Assembly: GCA_030704615.1 (NCBI GenBank)
Contig: CM060733.1
Location: 69,874,001-69,938,000, forward strand
Source of the DNA: Takakia lepidozioides
Taxonomy: Eukaryota > Plantae > Bryophyta
Direction: 5' to 3'
DNA length: 64,000 bases
Shown here piece after piece: positions 1-14,600 of the stretch. Numbering within the stretch: the stretch's first letter is position 1; the number at the start of each line of letters is the position of its first letter. The notes under the pieces are model-generated. The model was not told the origin of the DNA. It made no database searches and worked only from the letters and a program-made list of their open reading frames with translations. Both the position numbers and the translations under genes were made by a program.

Positions 1-2644
1 CACTGCTATGCAGCCCCTTTCTTCTAGTGGCCTCCAGATAAGGCCACTCTAGAGTTTCTGAATTTTAGAAGATTACAAATTGCAAAAGGAGTAAAATCTG
101 TAAATGTTTTGGAATATTTACCTCTTCATGGAATCGTTAGTCAGTCTAAGTACACAAAGCTTGGGTGTCACCTAAGGTGGTGTAGCATGGAGCGGTCAAT
201 TTTTGTTTTGATATGTTTTCTGGATTTTTATAGGTATTTGTGATATCATTTTTCCAAAATGTCAGCAAAGGGAGATTTTGGGCATGTAGAAGTTTTTTTT
301 TAAAATATGAAACAAATGAAAATAATGTTTTCCTCAAAACATTGCGTTGAAAAGTTTGCGTGTTCAATTGGAAACTTTGTCACTACAATTTGCATGAAGT
401 CCATGCAAGGGAAACCATAGAGATTGGGCTGCCCCTTCTCAACCTCCAATATCTCTGTTTGTGGCACCAATAACCCCTCTGAACAAAGGGCGGGTCACAC
501 CCCTCGCCTAATGAACACCTTGGCCCAACGTGCCAGGCAGGGGTACCCACCGATTCTAAAGAGGTACTTGTGCAACACTATCAGGCTTAAGCAACCAGTT
601 ATCCAACAATTTGATGTCAACCAGATCCATTAAGATCTTAAGCTTCCTCACAAGTGTGGAGGTATATAAGCGGAACGTGATGTGATTCTCGGATCCATGA
701 CCCAAGTCTCTTATCTACCTGATCCAAAAGGGTTTGAGGACGCAGAATAGATTTACTGCATCCGTCCTACTGTACATCTACACTCCGAAACAGTTTGATC
801 CCATTGCAGGTGTGTTGTATATGATGACAATAAGACAAACTTCGATGCCATTCTGATGCAAGATCTTGTTGCATCCCTAAAGCTCGCATACATAAATGAA
901 CATTACATGGGCACTGGTTCAACCCTAGAGATTCTGCAGATTCATGACCCAAGGTTACCTTTTTGGCCATACTTACTGCAGTCTTTCATCTATGGAAATG
1001 AACCACTGAAATATGTTTCTAACTACATCCGACTGCTACCTGCATAACCTTTCTCAGAGTTTCACAGTATGATGTCAAGATCGGAATTGTTTTGGGAGGA
1101 ATTTATGATTTTTTCAGGCCCCAAAAATTTCACAATCCCTATCCAATTTCCTAAATGGTAAATCAGGATCATTTGAAATACACAGAGAACTTGCCTCATT
1201 GGGGTACCTCCTTTGTAGATCTTTGGAAGTGTCAGTTCATCAGTAGGAGACAGTTCGGTAGTTAGGTGAATTACATATCCACTACATGAAGAAAGATAAG
1301 GAGATATTCCCTTACTCCAGACTTCATAATGTGCCCCCAAACCACATCCCCCCACCTAAACCGTCTACTTGCACTTTAGCTACTCATTGATGAGTGCACA
1401 TGCCCTTTGATATTGAAACCATACCATCATGTTTACAGAGTCGTACAGTACATACAGTTTTCATTCCATAACAAAATGTTGCTTCCACCTGTCATAGTGA
1501 AGACAACCCAGATTTGACCATCCCACACCACCATAAAAGGTGGACAAGGTAACTTGGAAAATGAGGAGATATTGTTCTCACTTTTCCCTGTTATTTGAAC
1601 GGATATGATACAATTTGCTCACAGATATTTCAGAATTAGGTTGGATGTCACTGACATCTTGCAACAATTACGAAGATTTCTTCAGGAAAGCCATCACCGA
1701 ACCCGACAGAAATCTAGACATGGTGATTATGGTTCAAGCTAAAACATAAGGAACTTGCTGGTGGATTGGTGGGTGGTAAACCCTTCATATGATGTCAAAT
1801 TGAATGTCCATTGTTGGCTGTCATGTTTCGATCCAAGCACGATTTCAGCACGAGTTGCACAACTTCAACTGTCTTCCTGCCCAGCCACACAGGGACAAAC
1901 AAGCAGTCATTCAAAGAGGACCCATACCCAATCCGGCGTGCAGCCTTTGCTTTTCGAATTCACCCAATTAAACATAGGCCAGTTAACAACTTGAAATGTT
2001 GACGTGGCCCCATCCATCCTCTCATTTGCAATTCCCTGCAGTACCTGTTGCCGAGATTTATGCCTGCTAACGATGGTAAATGAACCTTCTGATGTCCTCA
2101 TTGGATCATAAACCCAACAAGTACCTCACTGCATGTTTATATACTGGCAGAACAAGAACAACACTCCACTACATCCTACCAACGTAAGAAAAATGCTGGC
2201 TAGAGGTAGGATGGAACATACTGCTGAGTGCATTCCGCATACAGATGAATAACTTCGCAGCAAAAAATAATACACCAGAAAGCAAGCCAGATACCTCAGG
2301 GCAAAGAAGTGAGTAATTGTTGGTGCAATCAGCCATATCTCTGTAATTGATACTGTCGCACAAATTGTCCAACTGGCACGAAATTGAGATGGAGCAGTTT
2401 TCCAGTACTGATGCACAATGTTTTCACACTGTGCAATCATCGCACCTTGTCCAAGCCTCTTGTGGATGAGTTAAAAGGTCATTTTATCGCTGATGGAACC
2501 TTGAGGGCGAAAGGTAATGACCTCAAAACTTACTATCTCCACGAGGAAAGGAGCCAGCACATGTGTGTGTATCACAGAGTGTGTATCATGAGTGTGTGTA
2601 TCAGAGATTGAAACTGTTACAGAATATGTGCAATGGTTCCGTGG

Positions 2645-5600
2645 TCAGACAGTCAACACATACGCTGGGAGCACCTCCCTGAGTTGAAGGATGTCCTTGC
2701 GGGGTTGAGCAATGTCCACTGTCACCACTATTTCCATGCCGATCTCTGCTCTTCTCGAGATAGTAGCAGCTGCTTGGATTCCCAACTACAACCAGCAGCC
2801 ACACCAAATTACAATCCCAACGTCAGCCTACAAAAATAGACTATTTTGAGACCCGTAAAAAAGTATGCAGACAAGGCAGTTGTGACCATGACTATGTGCT
2901 TGAGGACTCAATAAATCAACACTCCATTCACCCCAATGAAATAGTCCTTGGCTATCTGGAAGGACAGGGCATGTCCTGCCATACCTCCAGAATGAGCACC
3001 ACCGGCTCTCTCTCTTTCAGAAAACGAAGCACCAGGGCCTGGTAGCATGTGCCCTGTGGCTGACGGCGTAAAAATTCAAGTGCCCAGTAGCGTGTGCTAG
3101 ATAACTGCAGCTTCCGACATTGTCTACTCTGTAGATTGACCACTGCCATTACTGCCTCCACATAAGCACTTGAAAAGGGAGGGTTCTCACCACGCAGCAC
3201 AGCCTTCACCTATCATGTAACAAAAAGGCATATCATGTTAAAACTGAGAAAAATCTGAATGAGGGATGGTCTACTGCCCTACTGAAAAATTGCATATTGT
3301 TAAGCATGTGCCCTGCTCTGCCACTGCAGTATTACTCATTGGCTTAAGGTGTTATGTTGCATTTGTCAAGTTTTATCTCTTTCCCATTCTTAACCCTGAA
3401 AGGGCTGGACCAGTGCTGACAACAGCTCCAAAAACTCATGAAAGATTGCCAGAGACCAACAAAGGCCACACAAACTGTAATATCGTGTAGTGAGAAAACG
3501 TTATAACATTGAGTTGTGTCCTGATTTCTAGGACATCCGCAGTGGAGGCAATACTGTCAATGGGGCTGAGATGTAGGATGCAGATGGTGGGAGTCTCCCA
3601 ATAGGCATTCGCATGGAACCAGCAAAAATGTACGCACATCCATGAGGTGGTGTTCTGTGCTGCTTGCCTGATAGTGAGCCAAAAAATCGCTATAACGACG
3701 GATTGGAGAAGTGAACTGCACGTAGCCAGGCACACCCAGGGCAGCGTGCGCTATAGGCTTCATGAAACTCATGTCAGCACGTCCCAAGAACCGACGTGAA
3801 GCTACTGCCCGGCAGGGCCCCTCGGGGAAAGAAAGCAGCTCTTCTTTTGGGAGATCCCTGGGAGACTGTCCCCTGTAGGGCAAGGACAACATCTTCCGCT
3901 CGCCGAATGCCGAGACCGCTTCGCCGCATGCAATCATCATTTCAGCAACCAACTGCACCGCGGGGCTCGATTGGTTCATCACTGACATGGATATGGACGG
4001 CATGGAGGACTCAAGATCCGTCACTTTCACATTTGCCTCCGGTGCTGAGGCATCAATTGCACCCTGTCAGACATAACCTCCCCATCAGCATCAGCTTTCA
4101 CTATATTGATTTAAGTGCAGAATAAACAGCCAGCATCAGATTTCACAATGTCCTTGGTCTATAGGCAGGACATAATTTGTTTGGACTCCCACTATCCACC
4201 GTGAGCAATGCTAAGATGTCTTCCAGGACCCAGGGGTTCTTACTACATACAGTTTGGTTCTCTCTTTCCTTCTCTGTCTGTCTATCCAGTGGACACAATC
4301 ACAAATCTTTTCCCAATCTTTCTCCACCTAAGTATGCATTCCCGTTGGAAATCTTAATTGCAACTTTTCACTGCCAATAGATTTACACAGCCAGCTCACA
4401 CTCTTTGTAAGATAAAATTCAACTGCTCAAGAAAACTTGAATATGGAGGTTGTGGTAATGCAAGAGCAGTCAAAACCACCTGAGCTGTGCGCCATTCATA
4501 GCGTAGATTGGCAGCCTCAGCCAGCAGATAGAGATCGGCCTCCTCCTCCACTCGCATTGACAGTAGCTCAGCTACATTATCATATGAAAGCCTATATGTG
4601 GGCCGTATAGTGGAGCAGACCACCTCTCCTTCTGCCATACTTTTGATGCATGCCATGCTTTAACACTCTAACCAAATCAAGTGGGCAGGAATCTTACTTA
4701 CAAGAAGGGCCACTTGGATAACCGAAACAGCCAAATGCTCACCACACTAACACTAAATGGGCATGGCGGATCCTACCACAACACAAAATTGGCACTATCC
4801 AGGAGAAATGCAACTAAAAACGATAGATGCAGACAAAAAGTAGACACTGAACTCCATTGCATCCTCCAAAGTAGACTGGGAGGCAGGGAAGAGAGGTTTT
4901 TCACCTGCCATCTGGATGAAAGACGACTGACACACTGACGGCGCAGCAGTCATAGCCCTGTCTCAAGCTCATGCAGCCAGCTGCCAAATCTATAGGAAAC
5001 ATGGGTATAGTCCCCGTGGGCAAATAAATTGACGTAGAACGGTGCTTTGCTTCCCTGCCAGAACCACTAGGCACATCCCCTAGATCAATCGAAGATTGCA
5101 AAGACGGCACAATCAGATCAACGAAATGCTTCCAGATTGTCAAGGATCTTCCTACTGGTCACTTGCGTAAGACTCTATGTCCCAAATACAGCTTCCCTTA
5201 CATCTGAGAAAGAAGGGCATGTGGAACGGAAGACACACTTGTTCAGAAGATGATTGGACGGCACCCAGCGTGTGGGATCTGCCACATGGATCCACACCTT
5301 GATTCGACCATCTGGCAGCTTTGTCGCACTTAGCCCATCATCTATCTATGCCATCAGTAAATATACCAGAATCATCATTTGTATGACTTTCAGTGTAAGC
5401 TTATTATGTTCCCCGAGGTTCAAGTTGAGCAGTATAGAATTCTGTTGTTTGATTATGCTTCAAAGCTGAAGTAACTTGAGACAGTACACTGTATACACTG
5501 ACCCCATGAGCCCAAGTCAAAAACTTTTTTATTGACCCTGCCTCACAATACTTTAGCAGGTAGTAGTGCTTGTCACAAAAGCAGAACATATTGCAAGCGC

Positions 5601-8600
5601 CAGAAAGGACGAGCTTTACCTCGTCAGTGTCGTCAGAATCAATGGTGTAAACTTTCAGAGCAGTTAGGTCCACTCGATCATCCTGCAATTGGCAGAACAA
5701 TTTTTGAGGCAGAACAAACTTCACACCAACCGGACACAGAGATGGCCCAAACACCAACTTATAAACATTTGCAGTCAAGAGTATGGGGACTGATAACTCA
5801 TGTAGAGAATGTACTCATGCTGCGGACGTTGGCTTGCCATAGCCTTATGGCCATTGACCCCATGGGAAACTAACTCTCCTGGAGTTTTTGTGGGGTTCGC
5901 ACCGACCAGGGTTTAGCTTATCCTGCAGCTCAGCTGCTGGTATAGACTTATTTTACTGCAACTGCCATTAAGTCGCTCACAGAGGCACTTGTCCACATGC
6001 AAACTCAACAGCCCAGTTGCAGAAATATCGATTTTAACTTTTCAGCCTGTGTCTACCACAGAAATGACATGCTTGGGGATGTGCAGGGCACAGGAGGCTT
6101 CCGCCCGTCACTCTGGGCTGTGTGCAGGGCAAGAGAGACAGCAGAGAGAAGTGAGATAGTCAGACAGATAGGGACATTCAAAGAGGCAGAGGAGGGACTG
6201 TGAGACAAAGGAGAGCGGTTTAACGCCTCCTATTCCTTTTCAAAGGTCGCAAGAAGAAACCATCAAACAACTCAAAGATGAAGTGCCTCGTGCAGGTCAC
6301 CTGACAAGTACTTCTGGTCCTTAAAGCCGAAGGCCTCAGCAAAAACGAGGAGTCTCTAAAGAGACAGGGGTCTCTGCTCCTAATTTCATAGCATGTCACA
6401 GAGAGAGAAAAAGAAAAGAAGGAAAATATATAACATCCAAACCAAGAGAAAGGAAGAACGAAACTGTATCATGTCCACGAGAAGCCCAAAGGGCTCACCT
6501 GACAAAAGAAAGTGGGGACCTCTGCAAGCTTCTGGAAACTACTACTCAATTTACACAAAAGGTTGACTCCTACCGAAGCAAGCGTAAATTATGATGTCAA
6601 CAAGGTTGCCCAAACCTCCGCCAAGGACTCAAGAACCCCCCAGGTAGGTACCCACATGTTAGGTGGCCGGTTGACCCAGTAGCCCAGACCAAATACACAG
6701 GATCAGCAACAGTGCCAAACCACATGGCCACAGCCCTGATGTGCATATACATATATATAGATATGTATCCCTCTCTGTATACACAGACACACACATACAA
6801 ATGCCTATAGAGAGAATGTACTCATAAGACTTTGTTTGCTGTAGCCTTGTGGCCAAAGACCCCGCGCCCAGTTTGGAGGAAACATGGGGAATAGGTACTA
6901 GCTGCTCACACACTCTCGCTACATATGTGTATATATATAGAGAGAGTGAGAGAATATACTCATAAGATGTTGTTTGCCGTAGCCTCGTGGCCATTGACCC
7001 CGCGCCCAGTTTGAGCGGAACACAAAGGGACAGAACCTACCTTTGTCAGGGGCTGATGCCAGTAGTCAGACTTACCTTGAAATAATGTGGCCATTGAAGA
7101 GATTGTACTCATAAGACATTGTTTGCCGTAGCCTTGTGGCCATTGACCCCGCGCCCAGTCTGAACGGAACATAAAGGGACAGAAACTACCTTTGTCAGGG
7201 GCTGACGCCGGTAGTATGATTTACCTTGGAATAAACAGTTGATCCGAGATTTCCAGATATCCTCCAGAAATCCCTTCACACAAGCATCAATCTGATGTGT
7301 GTGATTTGCCCAATAGCTAGACCCCAAAAGGGCCTGGGCTTTTGGCTCAGCCTCAAGATTTTCAAAGTTGATAAACAGAGGTACAGGCACAATTTCCTTG
7401 ATGGAATTGAAGAGGGTGTCCGAGTACCCAGGACAATGAATCAGGAAGTGAATATTGTCTTCAGGTTGCCCACACAACGGGCACTTACAATCCCCCTTTC
7501 CTCTCTGCGACTGTTTGTTGTTCAAAGGTAGGCTACCCGCCCTGAGTTTGAATTTCAGTCTAGTGCCGAGGGTGGGTAGACCCTTGAGGTCATCCATGAT
7601 GGCCTCACCCATGTCACAGACTGGAAACAGGTTCAGGGAAGTTTTCTGCCTAACTTCATTTTCTTCAGACAATTTCCTGGCAATAGACATGGCTTCGGAA
7701 ACTTCAGCTTGTCCAGCAGGGTCATGGCTAGTGGACTAAGATTCAGATCCTTGAAAATCTCTTCTACCCTTTTCCGCCAGGATTTAGCCTGTTTGACAGG
7801 GCGGTCCTGCTTCCAAGATATAGAGTCGATTAACTTAGGATATCTGGTATTAGCCATACGTTGCAGCTGACCCCACCATCTGATTTTGAATTCATCGCGT
7901 CGGGAGCTTAAGGGAGGAATGCCAAACCCACCCCGAACAGCCACATTAGCTGTTTTGGAGCATGCTGACATGCACTCCTTGAGCACCCCGACTTGGATGG
8001 ATTCAAGAGACTTAGCCTGGTTGGAGTTATCAACCCATACAGCAGATGCATACTCCAAGGCCGGCCTGATAACGCGGCAAAGCATGGTTTTTTTTACTTC
8101 AGAGTTGATCCCTCTGCAGTGGAAAAATTTAGTGAGACCCAGCACTTTGCGTTTGCCAGATTGAACCACAGATTGAACCACTCTTTGAATATGTGCTTCC
8201 CAATTACAGTTGGAGGAAAACTCAACGCCAAGATAGGTGTAGGAGGGGAGAACAGGGATCTCTTGGCTTCCCCACTGCCACTTGAGATCGCCTCCTCCTT
8301 CCCCCCGGTCGTTGAATGCCACCACTGCGCATTTACTGACAGTGAAGAGAGATTGTACTCATAAGACGTTGTTTGCCGTAGCCTTGTGGCCATTGACCCC
8401 GCGCCCAGTTTGAGCGGGAACAAAAGGGATAGAACCTACCTCTGTCAGGGGCTGACGTTGGTAGTAAGACTTACCTTCATATAAAGAATTAATCCGGGTT
8501 TTCCAGATATCCTCTAGAAATCCCTTCACACAAGCATCAATCTGCTGTGTGTGATTTGCCCAAAAACTAGGCCTCAGGAGGGCCTGGGCTTTTGGCTCAG

Positions 8601-11600
8601 CCTCGAGACTTTCAAAGTTGGTAAACAGGGGTACAGGCACAATTCCCTTGATAGAATTGAAGAGAGCGTCTCTTTGGTGAGAGAACCCCGGACAGTGTAT
8701 CAGAAAATGAATACTGTCTTGACATTGAAGAGAGAGTGAGAGAGAGAGGGATGATCATGATCATGTAACCATAGACATTGCATCCTGTTAGCAGGAGAGG
8801 CAGAGGATCTCTCTGTAGAAGTTAGCAATTAATCACCGAATTTGCATCAGGGCATGGTTTTTCTTGCACTTGTTGAGCTGCGACAAGCATTTCACTGGGG
8901 AACTCGACTGGAATGTCTAGCTTCAGCAGCTCCAGGTTTGCATGCTCCCAAAGTATGCCCACTTGAGTCAACAAGTCAACAGCCACTGGTGATTTTTTTG
9001 AGAGCCCCAAAGCTTCTAATACCTGAAATGCAAACATGAACATCATCAATAGATATACAAGTGCAAGTACATGTAAACCCACTTCATAACTGGCCATTAG
9101 AAGCTCTGAACACCAGAATAATAATTAGAACTTAAGAGTCCTGCAATCTCTATCAGAAGCCTTTTACAGGACTCTTAAACCCTTTGATTTCTCTTTGCTT
9201 TCAAATGCCCTTCCCATACCAATCTTCCCCTCCAGCCAGCTCTTTGCCAGCTGGTAGGACTCGCGCTCAGAAAATTCCACCCAGCAAGGAAAGACCTTAG
9301 AATGTCCCACATGACAGGGATTCTGCCCATAGGTTCAGTATTGAGGGTTTATAGAATGAGAAAGAACAGTCAAACCAGAATGACCAAACATTTTCTAATC
9401 CAGCTAATAACCCCAAGTTTTAAGAGGTGGGATTTCTAGCTAACCCACTGGGCCTCTCTGAGGTAAAGACTCATCTGGATGTCATTCCCTCTTGTGAAGC
9501 AGACCCCGGATGGTAGCCTGAGGGGCTGTCTGAACGGGGGTAGGATGAATTCAAATGATGGACTTTGATGGTGACATACTTAACTCTCTGACAAGGAACC
9601 CACTGTGGAAATCACCCTAGCTTCACGCCATGAAATTGAAGTCTAAGCCATAAAAGGGGTTTGAGAGTCAGACCTCCTCAGCAGACTTCCTTTGCTGTGG
9701 AAGCTTGCAGATTTCCAAAGCATACGCCTTTAAGGCCTCAGTGCGTTCTCTGAAGATGTCGTTTGACTCCCAAAAGCTCAGAGGACGCTTTGCCCCAAAT
9801 GGCTTCTGACAGGCAGATCGCAACTCCTTGATATACTCCAGATAGCATTGATGTGCAGCCTCCTCCACTAGTTGCTGCTGCCGTAGCTCACTCACCTTTT
9901 TGCCCATCCCAGGAGCCCCTTACCAGCTATTCCGGCATTTGCTTCTACCTAGATCCTAATCGGGCCTGTTCTATAACCACAAGGACGCTTCGGAATCTTT
10001 TTACTCATCACTTCGTCTCTTTTCCTGCAGTTACAAAACCAATGCAACAACAAATCCAAACCTGATCCACACAGGATCAACTATAGTTATTACGTATATG
10101 GCCAGAAGTATTAAGTCATGCATACCTGTGAAAATGATCTCGGCTCATAGACTGCTAAAGGTCCTTTCTGTTTGCAGCGGAAGAATACTTGAGGAGACAC
10201 AAGCAAGCGATGCGCTGTGTAGCATTCCACTGGGCTGTCTCCGTATAAAATCTACAAGCTCCCAGATTCCAGCGCAACCTTGGAGACATCGATTTAATAG
10301 AAACAACAGGCAATGATTCTTGGCAAACATTTTGGACCGTGGAATTCACCAATGTGACAGCAAGTGTTTGATGTGCTGCTGTGGGGCACCCAATACATGA
10401 AACAACAACATCTTAAAGGTAGTTTGTACAAAGAGGCCTCATGTAATCACATGACCTGTCTAAACTGAGAGATGCCTAGAGCAGTACAACAGTTCTCCCT
10501 GATGTTGGCCATCACTTACAGCAAAAACACTCACAATACCGAAGAAATTTACCATTTCAATGACTCACAAAGCTCATCGGTTATCCTTTCAGTACAGATC
10601 CCCTTACCTTGGCAAGCTCCTCAGCATTCACATCCTTCTGTGCTTCCAGCAACTCCTCCCATGCATACTCAAGAAGTGATGGATCCTGTGTACCCAGGAA
10701 GACAAGATGACGATAGCACCCTTCCACATAAAAAGAGCGATATGCAAGAACCCCAAGCAAATCAGACGTTTGTCCTGACATAATCCAAAGTATCCTTTTC
10801 TATATGAGGTAGACTCTTCCTGTCCTCTAGGAAGCCTATTGCCATTGGGTGGACTTGATACGGGCGTACATAAATGTCTCTGTGACTAAATGCCTTGTGA
10901 CCCCGTGTCTTTGTTTGTTTTGACCTGAAGCGCTTTGCTTCAGGTAAGGCAGTGCACTGGATTTAGTTGGAGAGTTTGGGGCCTCTCCCTCTTTATTATA
11001 TGCCTACGCGGGCCATTCCCTGCAGCTCCCTGGAGTGTCATCTCTGAATGGTAACAAGCGGACCCCTACCACTTGGGGGCAGCCCCTCCGGGCAGTTGTA
11101 TGCTCTGTCTAGCATACTCGGCACTTGGGCTGGTTGGTCCTTGTGCTTAAACTTATAGCCTGCGAATTCTACCAATACATTACCTTTTATCAGTAACAAC
11201 ACTCCCCAGAGTGCCAATGTGTTGATCGACAGAACTGATATTGGTACCTCTGACCACTTCCTGGTTTGAACTGAGATCAAACAACACCAAGAGATCTGTG
11301 AAACGTTCGATTCGGAAGTGGCGCGTAGAAAAATTCCAAAATGAAGAGGTCAAGGCTGAGTATGTCCAGGCCTTGCAAGAAGCTCTCCCTCATTTTGTCC
11401 ACTCGCTCCAAGCCCTTCAGTCTTGCTCTGGCAATGCAAGAAATGAAGTCGAAAGAGCAGTGGATTCTTGGGAGAGTTTCGTCTCCTCTGTGGCTGACAA
11501 GATCATTGGGAGGAAACTAATTTTCTGCAGTAGCGCTGTTAATTGGTGGACCAATGAGATTAAACTCAAGATAGCTGAGAGATGAGTCCTCTATAAAGCG

Positions 11601-14600
11601 TGCTGCAATTTGAATACCAACAAAGAATTGTGGGCTAGGCACTACCAGATCCGCAAAGATATCAATCAGCTTGTAAGGTCTCAGAAGAAATTATACTGGG
11701 ACAAGCTATACAGTGAAATAAACTGAAACCACCATGGTGGTAATGACAAGAGATTCTGGTTGGCCCTTCAACGTTTGTACAAGCCGAAAAACTGTCAGCA
11801 AGTACAAGCGCTGAGGACTACTAAGGGTGCAGTGGTGACTTCAACGGTTGACATTGTCAAAACCCTTGAGACCCACTACAGTACCCTTGGCAGAATTTCT
11901 AGGTCTATCAGTGAGGGGTCCTCTGAAAAATAGAAGGACACAGTTGGAAAAACTGTTCCTGTGATTCAAGACAGCCCTGAAGAATTGGAGTATATTTCAA
12001 GGGCTTACAACGCTCCCATTAGTTCTTCTGAGATTGTGGAAGCAATTGAACATTTAAACGGGTATAAAGCTGGTGGACCTGATGGCATAGTCAACGAGCT
12101 TATCAAGCCCGGTGGCGATCCCATGATAGAGGCCCTTATACTTCTCTTTAACCTTATCTGGAGGACTGAAATGATCCCCTTTCGCTGGCGACAGGGGGTC
12201 ATTGTCAATCTATACAAGAAGGGTGACAGAGAAGAACTGGGGAACTACCGAGGCATCACGCTCCTCAATGCAGTTGGCAAGATATTTTGCAGAGTTATAA
12301 GTAGTCGTCTCGAGGTTGATCTGGAATCTAGAGGTTGTTTCCACGAAGGCCAAGCTGGCTTTCGGCGAAACAGGGGCTGTGTGGATCATATCTTCACTCT
12401 AAGGCAGATTGTTCAGGGAAGGAAAAAAGAAGGGAAACCCACTTTTGTACTTTTCTTGGATGTCAAAAAGGCTTATGACAGTGTGGAGAGACGGTCTATG
12501 GCTCTGACTCTGGTCATGTGGGATCAAGGGAAAGATGTGGAGAGTGGTCCATAACTTGTATGCTCACACCAAAAGTTGTGTCACTGTTAATGGACAGAAG
12601 TCTAACTTCTTTGACATAGACCAAGGTGTAGCTCAAGGATGTACCCTCTCCCCTCTGCTCTTCAATGTTTTCACCAATCAACTCCTCGAGGATGTGGAAA
12701 GTGAGGGATTTGGGTTAAGGATGGGTGATGCCACCATACCAGCCCTTATGTTTGCAGATGACTTCGCAGGCATAGGGGAGACTCCTTCCAATCTCCAGGA
12801 GTTGATTGATTGCGCGAAGAGATACTTTGACCTTTGGGGGCTACAGGCTAACGTCAGTAAATGTGCAGTGGTAACATTCCACAACCGAGGGGAGGGAGGA
12901 GGTGATCTCAAGTGGCAGAGGGGAAACCAAGCGATTCCGGTCCTCCCTTCCTACACATACCTCGGCGTTGAGTTTCCTCCAACTGTAATTGGGATGCACA
13001 TATTCAAAAAGTTGTTCAAACTGGCAAGCGCAAAGCGCTGGGTCTCACTAAATTTTTCCACTGCAGATGGATCAACTCTGAGGTCAAAATGACCATGCTT
13101 TGGCGCATCATTAGACCTGCGTTGGAGTACGAATCTCCAATAGGGGTAGATAACTCCAACCAGGCTAAGTCTCCAGAATCCATTCAAGTGGGGGTGCTTA
13201 AGGAGTGCGTGTCAGCATGCTCCAAAACAGCCAATGTGGCTGTTCGGGGTGAGTTTGGCATCCCTTCCTTAAGCTCCCGACGAGATGAATTCAAGGTCAG
13301 ATGGTGGGGTCAGCTGCAACATATGTCCAACATCAGATATCCAAAGTTAATCGACTCTATATCTTGGAAACAGGATCGCCCTGTCAAACAGGCTAAGTCC
13401 TGGCGGAAGAGAGTAGAAGAGATTCTCAAGGATCTGAATATTAGCCCCAAGTCTTGACCCTGCTGGACAAATCTGACTTAGAGGCTGTAGTGTCCAAAGC
13501 CATGTCTGTTGCCAGGAAATTGTCTGATGATTCCCTGAACTTGTTTCCAGTCTGTGACATGGGGGAGGACATCATGGATGACCTCACGGGTCTACCCACT
13601 CTCGGCACTAGACTGAAATTTCAACTCACGGCGGGAAGCCTACCTTTGAACAGCAAACAGAAGCAGAGAGGAAAGGGAGAGTGCAGTTGCCCGTTGTGTG
13701 GGCAACATGAAGACGACGTTCATTTTCAGATTCACTGTCCGGGGTTCTCTCACCAGAGAGACGCTCTCCTCCAATCTATCAAGAGAATTGTGCCTGTACC
13801 TCTGTTTACCAACTTTGAAAGTCTCGAGGCTGAGCCAAAAGCCCAGGCCCTTTTGGGGCCGAGTTATTGGGCAAACCACACACAGCAGGTTGATGCTTGT
13901 GTAAAGGGATTTCTAGAGGATATCTGGAAAACCCAGATCAATTGTTTATTCCAAGGTAAATCTTATTACCGGCGTCAGCCCCTGACAAAGGTAGGTTCTG
14001 TCCATTTGTGTTCCACTCAAACTGGGCGCGGGGTCGATGGCCACAAGGCTACGGCAAACAACGTCTTATGAGTACATTCTATATGAGGTAGAGAGTTGAT
14101 AGTCAGTGTGACTGTCAGAGCAAAAGAGTCACTTACAATCAATCCACACATTCTGAGTCTCTCACTGCTTCTAAATATGTGGACCAATCCACGTGGGCAG
14201 GAGGCCAAGGCATCCAATCACTCTTCTTGGATATAAGCCATGGCTGGAGAGCTTGGCCCAAGGAGGCACTTCGAAAGCAACCATGACTTATGAGTACATT
14301 CTGTACTTTCCCACTGCATCCAAACATGTAAAATGGTTGACAAGGGCTGAGTGCATACCTCTAAGTTTTCAGCCTTGTTTACAAAACTGGGGATATCTGC
14401 TGTGTTGAAATCCTCCAAACCTGGAATGACATATGTGACTTGCTGTAGCCTCACAGAATGTGTGTTTCCATGCTGAGAAAGTATGCAACAGACCAGGAAA
14501 CGTCAGAGAAAAGAAGACCGAGTTGCGAATGCTACAGCCTGATCATGGGGACCTTGTAGTGATGCCCTTACTCATCATACACCCTGTAAGTCATCTGATT

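Noticed and set aside
1-2600. Short ORFs and coding-like remnants
   Set aside because: No recognisable motif; probably decayed TE or 3' flank.
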